Assembly: GCA_041821265.1 (NCBI GenBank)
Contig: JBGUEQ010000010.1
Location: forward strand, 4,217-68,216
Source: Lachnotalea sp.
GTDB lineage: Bacteria > Bacillota > Clostridia > Lachnospirales > Lachnospiraceae
Reading direction: 5' to 3'
Length of the DNA: 64,000 nt
The stretch's first letter is position 1. Each line of letters opens with the position of its first letter. The translations under genes and the position numbers were made by a program. This document shows, piece after piece, positions 56,078 through 64,000 of this stretch. The notes beneath the pieces are model-generated. The model saw only the letters and a program-made list of their open reading frames with translations, was not told where the DNA came from and ran no database searches.

Positions 56078-58270
56078 TTACTGCGGTTTCTTAATTTTTA
56101 TCAGCTTCTTGTTCAAATCTACCACCATCTCCGTCGTAATAGCACCTCCTACCAACTTAACCAGGCCTAACACGGTATTCCGGTAAGTCATCCGTTCCAT
56201 TTCGGGGGTTCTCTTAACACTCTTCGTTACCTCTCCACGGGATGCTCTCGCAAATTCAACTAACTGATCCACAAGCACTTTCCCTTCCGGTACCAGACAG
56301 ATATCCTCAAGTCGATCCTGCACAGAATAATACCCCTGGATAATCTCCATTCCTGGTTCATCAAACCAGTTTCGCACCGCTGAACTCTCCAGATAGTAAT
56401 TAGGGTTTGCTTTGTCGACCTTCTGAATTTCCATAGCGTCTTCGTAAGCTCCACTCCGTGCTTCTACCTTATGCTTTCCATTGATTTCTACCTGGAAGGT
56501 AAACACATGAATACCTGCTTTTTCTTCTACCATTGTGCCATCCAAGAAAAGAGCAACCTTACTTTGATTACTATAAACCTTTACTTCTGTCAGGCTTTCC
56601 ACACGATCCATATAACGCTTACTGCACAAATGCACAAATGGTTCTCCACTCCACCAAGCCTTATAAAGAAAGAAGGAATCTTTTTTAACTTTGCGGTCTA
56701 TACTAACTAATCCTTTATGATTAATACCGTTATCACCAGCTTCTGCTCTTCCGTCTGCCCCGAAGTCGAACATATTCCATACGTAGGTTCCCCAGATATA
56801 AGGCCTTTTTGCAAACATTTCCAGCAAATGCTCATGATACACACATTGATATTGCTCTGAATAGTCACCCTTTTCCGGTTTCGGTGATTGTAACTGATAC
56901 AAGGTATCAGCCCCGTACTCGGTCATACCCACGCAACGATTCGGATGCTTCTTATGAAATTCATCAAAGAAATTGTCATTATCCTCCAACTCTCCCATAT
57001 ACCAGCCAAAATAAAGATTATAGCCTAAAATATCGGGAATATCATTGATCGGACTGTCTGTAGGGAGCATAAAGGCATCTGCCATCGCCGTTAGTCTGGT
57101 AGAATCTAGTTTATGAGCTAAGTCATTCAAAATCTGATGATTTTCTATTAAATCATCCGTTACTCCAGCCACACCGATTTCATTGGAAAGAGCCCAACAA
57201 ACAACGGATGGATGGTTATAATTTTGAATTACAAGCTCCTTCATCTGAGAAATGGTATTTTCCCTTCCCCCTGTCATATGAGCCGTGATATACGGAATTT
57301 CCGCCCAAACAACCATACCTTTCTCGTCGCATAAATCATAGAAATACTGATCATGCTGATAATGGGCCAATCGAATAGAATTTGCTCCGATTTCACATAT
57401 CAGTTCCATATCCAAATCCTGATGTTCCTTCGTAATTGCATTACCTAAGCCCTTAAAATCCTGATGTTTGGAAACTCCACGTATTGGGTAAGACTTTCCG
57501 TTTAAGAAAAATCCCTGCTCCGGATCGAAATGGTAGGAGCGACATCCGAACCTAGTCGTCAACACATCTACCACTTCACCATTGACCAATAGCTCAGCCT
57601 TTGCTTCGTATAGATATGGATCCACTGTTCCATTCCAAAGATGTGCATCCTTAATCAGCAGCTTTCCTTGTGCTTGGTTCCCTCCTGATATCACTACCTG
57701 TCCAACATCTTCTACTATGAAACGAATATCATCATAATTACCAATAACTTCTACTTCCAGTGTTACTTCAGCATCCCCACCATGCATCACAGGTGTTACC
57801 TTGAATCCGGATCCACCATGATTATTCAGGTTAAAGTGGTTCTTCTCCGATAAGGTAATTAAATATACATCTCTGTAAATACCACCATAGAACGTAAAGT
57901 CTGCCTTCTGAGGATATACATAATCATTTGCACAATTATCTACAAACACCTCGATGATATTATTCTCCTTTAAAAGCTCAGTAATCTTTACTCGAAATGT
58001 TGAATAACCGCCTTCATGATGCCCTGCATGCATATTATTAACCTTAACATCCGCTATAGAATTGACACCACGAAACTCCAGGTAGATTTCGCAATCTGTT
58101 TCCATCTCCGATCTAGCAAGCTCTTTCCTATATACACATACCCCACGGTAATAATCATCACCGCCATCTTGTCCATCGATTGCATTCCAGGTATGAGGCA
58201 GGTTCACAGTGCTACACTGGCCTTCCTTTTCAAATATCCAATCCTCATTGATACACTTTATCTTTCTCAT
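56078..58270 (-). CDS. GH2 glycoside hydrolase (beta-galactosidase/beta-glucuronidase family)
   Basis: N-terminal sugar-binding domain (INEDWIF..LPHTWN) and a TIM barrel with WALSNEIG (acid/base) and MTEYGAD (nucleophile). ATG at 58270 preferred over the track's TTG at 58297. Confidence 0.88.
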   Translation of the reverse strand: MRKIKCINEDWIFEKEGQCSTVNLPHTWNAIDGQDGGDDYYRGVCVYRKELARSEMETDCEIYLEFRGVNSIADVKVNNMHAGHHEGGYSTFRVKITELLKENNIIEVFVDNCANDYVYPQKADFTFYGGIYRDVYLITLSEKNHFNLNNHGGSGFKVTPVMHGGDAEVTLEVEVIGNYDDIRFIVEDVGQVVISGGNQAQGKLLIKDAHLWNGTVDPYLYEAKAELLVNGEVVDVLTTRFGCRSYHFDPEQGFFLNGKSYPIRGVSKHQDFKGLGNAITKEHQDLDMELICEIGANSIRLAHYQHDQYFYDLCDEKGMVVWAEIPYITAHMTGGRENTISQMKELVIQNYNHPSVVCWALSNEIGVAGVTDDLIENHQILNDLAHKLDSTRLTAMADAFMLPTDSPINDIPDILGYNLYFGWYMGELEDNDNFFDEFHKKHPNRCVGMTEYGADTLYQLQSPKPEKGDYSEQYQCVYHEHLLEMFAKRPYIWGTYVWNMFDFGADGRAEAGDNGINHKGLVSIDRKVKKDSFFLYKAWWSGEPFVHLCSKRYMDRVESLTEVKVYSNQSKVALFLDGTMVEEKAGIHVFTFQVEINGKHKVEARSGAYEDAMEIQKVDKANPNYYLESSAVRNWFDEPGMEIIQGYYSVQDRLEDICLVPEGKVLVDQLVEFARASRGEVTKSVKRTPEMERMTYRNTVLGLVKLVGGAITTEMVVDLNKKLIKIKKPQ

Positions 58271-58403
58271 ATAATATAAACCAGCCTCTCTTATCAACCT
58301 TCAAATTTATAAACACAGGCATAATATTATTATAGTGAATTGTAATATAATTCACTATAATAAATCTTGATTTATCATTACCTGACCTTACAAAATAATT
58401 ACA

Positions 58404-58802
58404 TTAACATGTATATCCACCATCAACAATAAAGTCCTGCCCGGTGACAAAGGATGATGCCTCAGAAGCTAAGTACAGCACGCAGTCAGCAATGTCCTCT
58501 GACTGACCAACACGCTTTAAAGGGGTATGTTCCAGTGCTCTGTGAGGCATCGCAAGCGGTTCCACATACTGATGAATTTCCAAATCCACGCCCTCGTCTC
58601 CGCGAAACATTAACACATTCATAATCTGATTGTCCACACCGGAAAGTCCTTTTTCCTTTTGAACTGAATTTCTAGCATCGAATACTACATTTAAACCTAA
58701 TGCATCACGAAACAGACGCAGACACTCCTCAACATCCGTTACTAAAATTCCAGCCTGAAATAAACCATGTACTTTAAATTTTCCTATTTTAATATCGCCT
58801 TT
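58404..58802 (-). pseudogene. In-frame chimera of a VOC/glyoxalase-family N-terminal half and an SDR C-terminal tail; no start codon for the VOC part
   Basis: Own translation of the single open frame: [56 protein letters not shown] (VOC-like), then ..[41 protein letters not shown] (classical SDR end). Confidence 0.6.
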
Positions 58803-58810
58803 TTATGTAT

Positions 58811-61201
58811 TTAAACCAAACTTGATTCTTTTATCATATTCTTGCCTTCGTTTAACCTTATTTCCTGTCCATTTCCTAATACAAACATGCCGGTCAGCCC
58901 ATCTGGCATGATCAACTCATACTCCCAAGTACCATTCACCTTCTTATAATCAAAAATAATCATACCTCTTGGGGTAGCTGCTCTTCCCTTTAAATCCGGT
59001 ACATAATCTAGATGAGGCATTACACGCACATGCTCCCATCCGGCATCTTCCCCTGTTATACCCGCCATGCTACGAAGCATTTCAAAAATTGGTAATGCAC
59101 TCCAGGCGTGACATTCACTTCTTGCTAGCTCCGGTACTTCCGGACAACAAGTACAGTCTAAATCAATCAAGTGTGCCCAGTGCATTAAGCTTTCTTCGGT
59201 CTCCTGATACATTCCGGCAATCTCCATCGCACGGAAAAATTCATAAGCAGTAGCGAAAGACACTTGGATTATTGGCTCGCAGCCCGGAAGTGGCGCATCC
59301 TTTGAAATAGTAGCTGTCATAATGCGCTTCATACCACTACGATTTTCTACTTTTCTCCAGCCTTCCTCTTCTCCATTCATCCCATTTAACACAGCCCAGC
59401 TCTGCGCATGCTGTGAAAACTGTAGAAAGTCCGGACCTTCTCGGTACATCCCAGCTGCTTCATCCCAACATAGTTTCTGAATTAGAGTTAATATCTTTTC
59501 ACGACGCTCTAAATACTCTTGTGCTATACCAGCTCTTCCTGTGGCCTTATAAATCTTCGCCCCCTGAAGTAGCGTATACGCATACATCAAATTTATAATC
59601 GTCGACGGACCCGACAGACTTGCCAGTGGCCTTCCCCCAGTTTTTTCCCATTCTTTCTGCCAATCCACAAACTCCCAATAGCCTAAGCTTCCTAACAGCC
59701 CATCTGATCCAATCTTTCGGTCATAATAGCCAAGTATTCGATCCACATCAGGCTGGTATTCCTTTAACAATTCCTCATCTCCGGTTTGCTGATAGTACTC
59801 CTGAAGTATCATAATATAGTGAAGTGAAAAAGTTGAAATCACTTGTAAATAGGAGGTTGGACTTTTACCTGGAAGTAATCCGAAGGGCAAAATCCCATTA
59901 TGAAAATCCTTAATTGCTTTCTTTACGAGCCCGATATCCCGGCTGACCGCGTAATTGAATAAGATCTGTAACCGTGTATCCATGGGATACTGGAGCTGCT
60001 CATAAAATGGGCAGTCCATATATGTTTCCACCATACAGTTCTCCAAGGTACGCACGCAGATCTCATACACCTGATTCACCCATTCTGCGGAAGATTCCAC
60101 ATTTGACTCTATCGGCAGCGGATAACCGGTCTTAAAAAATACCGGTGCCTTCACCGTTACCTCGCTATCCCCAACTTCCACCTGAATCCTCACAAATCGG
60201 AAGGTGCGGTACCAGAAAGGCTCATAACGAAGGCTGCCACCTTCTCCCAGTACAATTTCATCCATCAGGCCAACGACTGTTCCATTTTCCATATCGGAAC
60301 GACGAATATCTTCGCCTTCCTTTACAAACTTTTCAAAATATGTAATAGATACCTTTCTTTCTTTTCCACCTATAAATTCATACTGTGGATAACCATTTTT
60401 AATCACACCAGCATCCAGAATGATTTCTGCACCTTTTCCAGACGGTATGGTTAACTTACCCTGTTGTATAATACCAGTCTTCGTCATTTCTATAGGAAAG
60501 GTATCTAATTTCTCATACAACAAGGGAATATCTCTTTCCTGTAAAGGAAACTTTGGTACTATGCCTACTATCTTCATAAGATCGGACTCTAATACATTTC
60601 CCATCAGAGAAGCTTTTCTCCAATCTAAATTTACTGCTTCCTTCCAATGAGATGGCGATTTGTCAAAGGATATTTTTTCTTTTATGGCACCCAGGTAGAT
60701 CGTAATCTGATCCGATATTAGATAAAAAGTGTGGTCCAGCCAAACTCGCCAGTCTGCTATGCCTGTAGTCACCGTTCCCATTTCTTCTCCGAATGCACTG
60801 AGAACATCTCCTTCCACCGCCAGGCGATGGCCACCTCCCGGTGAATATACGCCAAAGATACTTGCACGTTCATCATACTGGTCCATTGTTGAATCCGGAT
60901 CACAACAGAGCACCTGCGCTGCCAGTATATTCTCTCCGGTTATTAGGTAATTACTAACATCTAATGTTTCATAATAATGACGGTAAATATCTCCTTTGCA
61001 TGGACCGGACAAAACAGGTTTTCCATTTATCCATAGACGGTATCTGCTATTCGCCGTGATATCTATACTAAGTTTTCCACCTTCTGGAACATTGACAGCC
61101 GTAACAAAATATGCAAATCGACCATTCATATCTCCTTCATAAATCTTTTTGTCCGCAATTTCCTCCTTCGCAACACCAATCCATTTTGCTTCTTTCCACA
61201 T
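58811..61201 (-). CDS. GH78-related alpha-L-rhamnosidase-like six-hairpin glycosidase
   Basis: Rhamnosidase N-domain-like segment (LSIDITANSRYRLWINGKPV). Large (alpha/alpha)6-sized C-terminal part with ECHAWSALP. Start set at ATG 61201 (MWKEAKWIG..), 5 nt after AAGGGAG. The track GTG is at 61237. Confidence 0.6.
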   Translation of the reverse strand: MWKEAKWIGVAKEEIADKKIYEGDMNGRFAYFVTAVNVPEGGKLSIDITANSRYRLWINGKPVLSGPCKGDIYRHYYETLDVSNYLITGENILAAQVLCCDPDSTMDQYDERASIFGVYSPGGGHRLAVEGDVLSAFGEEMGTVTTGIADWRVWLDHTFYLISDQITIYLGAIKEKISFDKSPSHWKEAVNLDWRKASLMGNVLESDLMKIVGIVPKFPLQERDIPLLYEKLDTFPIEMTKTGIIQQGKLTIPSGKGAEIILDAGVIKNGYPQYEFIGGKERKVSITYFEKFVKEGEDIRRSDMENGTVVGLMDEIVLGEGGSLRYEPFWYRTFRFVRIQVEVGDSEVTVKAPVFFKTGYPLPIESNVESSAEWVNQVYEICVRTLENCMVETYMDCPFYEQLQYPMDTRLQILFNYAVSRDIGLVKKAIKDFHNGILPFGLLPGKSPTSYLQVISTFSLHYIMILQEYYQQTGDEELLKEYQPDVDRILGYYDRKIGSDGLLGSLGYWEFVDWQKEWEKTGGRPLASLSGPSTIINLMYAYTLLQGAKIYKATGRAGIAQEYLERREKILTLIQKLCWDEAAGMYREGPDFLQFSQHAQSWAVLNGMNGEEEGWRKVENRSGMKRIMTATISKDAPLPGCEPIIQVSFATAYEFFRAMEIAGMYQETEESLMHWAHLIDLDCTCCPEVPELARSECHAWSALPIFEMLRSMAGITGEDAGWEHVRVMPHLDYVPDLKGRAATPRGMIIFDYKKVNGTWEYELIMPDGLTGMFVLGNGQEIRLNEGKNMIKESSLV

Positions 61202-61426
61202 ATGAACTCCCTTCTTATGAATACCCTGTGTTGGCACCAGTTCTATTGTATTCTAATGTAATTCTTTAATAATCAAAGTATGTTACAAATTATTACCAGT
61301 TTGGTGATGGTATATATTTTTATTATCTATAAACATTATAATCACAAACAATTTCACAGTATTTTAATATATATAGATATAGTTTAATAAATCGACTTTT
61401 TTATCAGACAACCAAACCAAGTCTAT

Positions 61427-61503
61427 CAGAATTCCCAGATATTCAAACGGTCCCAGCGGGGATTTGCTTGTAGCATAGCCAAGTGCAGTTGGTTTTTCTC
61501 TTT
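61427..61503 (-). pseudogene. Short GH43-like remnant in the intergenic region
   Basis: Own translation: EREKPTALGYATSKSPLGPFEYLGIL. The (A)LGYA.S.SP.GPF.Y motif is characteristic of GH43 propellers. No start and no continuation. Confidence 0.4.
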
Positions 61504-61566
61504 CCAAATTTCATTTCTAATTGATGATCTATGTAGTCCAATACAATACGGTATGTTATAGAATCC

Positions 61567-61620
61567 ATCTGCTTATAATAATATAATTACATTATCTGCT
61601 TATAATAATTTAATTACATA
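61567..61620. repeat. Tandem 27-bp direct repeat abutting the -35 of the AraC-family gene promoter
   Basis: ATCTGCTTATAATAATATAATTACATT / ATCTGCTTATAATAATTTAATTACATA (25 of 27 identical). Confidence 0.85.
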
Positions 61621-61648
61621 TTGACAACTGATTCATTCATCTTATAAT
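61621..61648 (+). promoter_or_regulatory. Perfect-consensus sigma-A promoter (TTGACA-16 nt-TATAAT) for the AraC-family gene
   Basis: -35 at 61621-61626 and -10 at 61643-61648, about 90 nt upstream of the ATG at 61737. Confidence 0.6.
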
Positions 61649-61736
61649 GATATATATTACTTTGTTTATGATGCGGGGAGGTATTGCCTGCTTTGTATGA
61701 TAATAATGACGATAATAATTAAATGGGAGGTGTATT

Positions 61737-62891
61737 ATGGAACTAAAGATGATACTGCAACACATTCAAGAAGCAACCGGAATACTGATTCAGCTATTTG
61801 AGGGAAATGATATTTCTTATTTTGGCAATCATCCTTTTGAACCTAATCCAGCCAATCAAATTATTCCTTCTGCCCTAGCATCCGATTGCACTCTCGGACT
61901 ATCCATCTCTCCTGATAATATCTTCATTGGCTTTGTCCGCATCCGTGATACTTCTGATTATTTGATTATCGGGCCGATGCTAATTTCAGAATGCACGAAA
62001 AAACAGGCTCAAAGCTTATTGTTTCATCTGCAGCAGTCAGATCGTAAAGTGGAACCTTTACTTGAATGGCTTCGCTCCATACCAATTATTAATAAGCAAC
62101 GATTATATGGTATTCTTTATCTTATAAATTTAACGATAAATGGACAGTCAGATCATAGCGTCATTACTATACCCTATCCAAATGAAGCATTTTATAATTA
62201 TACCATCAGCAGCAATCTAGAATTCATAGAACCTGTCAATATGGATCTTGAAAAGGCGATTTTGTCTAATATTGAATATGGCAATGTAGAGGAACTTGAA
62301 AAAACAATTAGATTCTTTGCCCCCATACAATTTTACAATGATGCAAAAGCTAAAAAGTCTTATCGTGATATAATTGTAGCATCAGTTATGCTATCCTCTA
62401 GAGCTGCAGTTAAGGGAGGTCTTGATTATACTATTGCAACAGCAATGGGAACTAAATATTTAGAAACTATGGAATTCTTAAATAATACAACTGATATTAC
62501 GTTACTTATAAAAAAGATATTTTTGGATTTTGCTAATAAAGTAGCTCAATCCAACAAATTAACATCAAAATCCTTATTGGTAAAACAAATCAGTAGAGAA
62601 ATAACTACTCATATAAATGAGAAAATTACTCCTTCTATAATTGCAAATAATTTAAACATGAGCTGCTCCTACCTTTGTAACCACTTCAAGAAAGAAACCG
62701 GTAAAACAATTACGGATTATACCAACGAATTGAAAATTCATGAAAGCAAATATTTATTAAAAAACACACATTTATCATTAATTGAGATTTCTACACGTTT
62801 GGGTTTTTCAAGTCAAAGCTATTTTCATATTGTATTTAAGAAACATATGGGTATGACGCCCCATGAATTTCGAAATACCTCCGTATTATAG
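61737..62891 (+). CDS. AraC-family transcriptional regulator (384 aa) with an uncharacterised N-terminal domain
   Basis: C-terminal double HTH (..LSLIEISTRLGFSSQSYFHIVFKKHMGMTPHEFR). RBS GGGAGG. Confidence 0.85.
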   Translation: MELKMILQHIQEATGILIQLFEGNDISYFGNHPFEPNPANQIIPSALASDCTLGLSISPDNIFIGFVRIRDTSDYLIIGPMLISECTKKQAQSLLFHLQQSDRKVEPLLEWLRSIPIINKQRLYGILYLINLTINGQSDHSVITIPYPNEAFYNYTISSNLEFIEPVNMDLEKAILSNIEYGNVEELEKTIRFFAPIQFYNDAKAKKSYRDIIVASVMLSSRAAVKGGLDYTIATAMGTKYLETMEFLNNTTDITLLIKKIFLDFANKVAQSNKLTSKSLLVKQISREITTHINEKITPSIIANNLNMSCSYLCNHFKKETGKTITDYTNELKIHESKYLLKNTHLSLIEISTRLGFSSQSYFHIVFKKHMGMTPHEFRNTSVL

Positions 62892-63297
62892 ACACGATAA
62901 AACCTATTGTAATTGGTAATATTAATAATTTTACTTGCTGTATTTTAATAAATTTATTTTATATCCAAAGCATTTTTGATCTGATGAAACGGATGAGTAC
63001 ATCTATTAGTCAAAATGTTGAGTCTTGCACAATAAACTGTACACTCTCTACGTTATAGCTTTGTTGTGATTCATATGAATACTAGTTTCAGATGTAAAAC
63101 ATCGGTTTATTCTTGTTCCTCCTGGTTTAACTAAACTCCTTCAATTATAAATAGTGTCTGCTGATTAATTAAAAAGGTGTTGATTTTGCTGATTTTGAAG
63201 CTGTTTTATAGTATAATAAGTGCAAGGGTTTCGTTAACTTAAACTCATTTTTCTTGCTCTTTTTATGAAATTCACTATAAATTGGAGTCTTAAAATC

Positions 63298-63751
63298 ATG
63301 TACAAACCAATTGATAAGTTACAACATACATTTCTCGATTTTAATCAACCGATGGGCCTTCGAATGAACCCCAATAATCGTTGGATCAAAATGGCTGACA
63401 ACATAGCACCCGTTGAATTTGGAGCTAAGTTTGATTTAAGTATTGATACAGAAGGCTATGGTAGAGTCGAGAAAATATTTTTTGATGTCTACAACGAAAG
63501 TACCTGCCTACTAGATGCAGTTGAACGATTTAAAAACCGAACAGGACATTACCCGAAAAGAGTTCTGGCAGATCAAATTTATCGAACCCGAGATAACCGA
63601 GCATTGCCTTCAGTTTGAGTAAACGTTGTTATGGTATGGGTTTAATCAAGACTAAGCTTGAAGAAACAACGTTGACCGCTATCACGTTATCTGTATTTGT
63701 GGTGAATCTTTTTAAGATTCAGGCACAAATACTTTTTATTGTAACTATATA
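63298..63751 (+). mobile_element. Decayed IS5/IS1182-like transposase (internal deletion plus frameshift)
   Basis: The N-terminus MYKPIDKLQHTFLDFNQPMGLRMNPNNRWIKMADNI jumps directly to a C-terminal-region segment PVEFGAKFDLSIDTEGYGRVEKIFFDVYNES..RTGHYPKRVLADQIYRTRDNRA. After a stop, another frame gives KRCYGMGLIKTKLEETTLTAITLSVFVVNLFK, a typical transposase tail. No terminal inverted repeats identified. Confidence 0.6.
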
Positions 63752-63783
63752 ATTGGTGAAAATTTTCATACAATTGATACAAT

Positions 63784-64000
63784 TTATTCCATCGTCGCTA
63801 ATATAGCGATTCCAGGCTTTCCAGGGAGTATTATTTCTACCTTACCATTCACATTCTCTGCTGCAATTGTTCGCTTCATCTCCCACACATCAACGATTTC
63901 AACCTTATATTTATGATTTTCAGGAAGTTCAATGCTACCGTAGATCGTGCACATATCTCCGAAATATTGTAGATATACCTCATCCCCCACATGAAGCATT
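63784..64000 (-). CDS. C-terminal end of a larger protein (DUF5605-like tail of a putative glycosidase); the 5' part lies beyond the window
   Basis: ..HKYKVEIVDVWEMKRTIAAENVNGKVEIILPGKPGIAILATME*. The frame is open to the window edge. Family call is from memory only. Confidence 0.45.
   Translation of the reverse strand, partial: MLHVGDEVYLQYFGDMCTIYGSIELPENHKYKVEIVDVWEMKRTIAAENVNGKVEIILPGKPGIAILATME

Noticed and set aside
1-64000. Scan for tRNA, rRNA, CRISPR arrays, phage or defence-system genes and toxin-antitoxin pairs.
   Set aside because: I recognised no cloverleaf-like or rRNA-like conserved segments, no repeat-spacer arrays, and no nuclease, methylase, integrase or toxin-type ORFs. 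The only mobile-element trace is the decayed transposase at 63298-63751.

Overview
AT-rich, Clostridia/Lachnospiraceae-like chromosomal segment with GGAGG-type RBSs. Almost all genes are on the minus strand, and I saw no rRNA, tRNA or CRISPR array. In order: (1) housekeeping and stress genes: partial rarA, a polysaccharide deacetylase, a small DUF4250 ORF missing from the ORF track, an HD-GYP phosphodiesterase and clpB. (2) An ArsR-HMA-P1B ATPase metal-efflux operon. (3) A GH32/ABC/LacI sucrose or fructan operon followed by a truncated fructokinase. (4) A PucR-associated cluster with two carbon-nitrogen hydrolases, an M24 peptidase and YbaN. (5) A split ThrE-type exporter and a divergent LysR-panE pair. 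(6) A radical-SAM/RidA/peptide-type ABC/GntR cassette. It is preceded by a 760-bp non-coding region holding six phased TTGATA hexamers and a leader terminator. (7) An isomerase-kinase-aldolase-dehydrogenase sugar cassette with a PocR-AraC regulator. (8) A ~20-kb co-directional array of cytoplasmic glycosidases and esterases: GH43 x2, GH78, a GH78-like protein, GH3, GH2, two esterases and a 688-aa unknown. This array is full of gene debris: a dead GH3, a truncated alpha/beta hydrolase, a VOC-SDR chimera, a GH78-like/ABC-permease deletion scar and several short glycosidase remnants. It ends at an AraC regulator and a decayed IS transposase. The candidates most worth a second look are the hexamer-array leader upstream of the radical-SAM operon, the radical-SAM/RidA/ABC cassette, the non-canonical sugar cassette, the 688-aa hydrolase-like protein, and the pattern of locus erosion. 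Four apparent frameshifts are all single-base homopolymer contractions, so sequencing error must be excluded first. All family assignments rest on motifs I recognise by eye. No database search was run.
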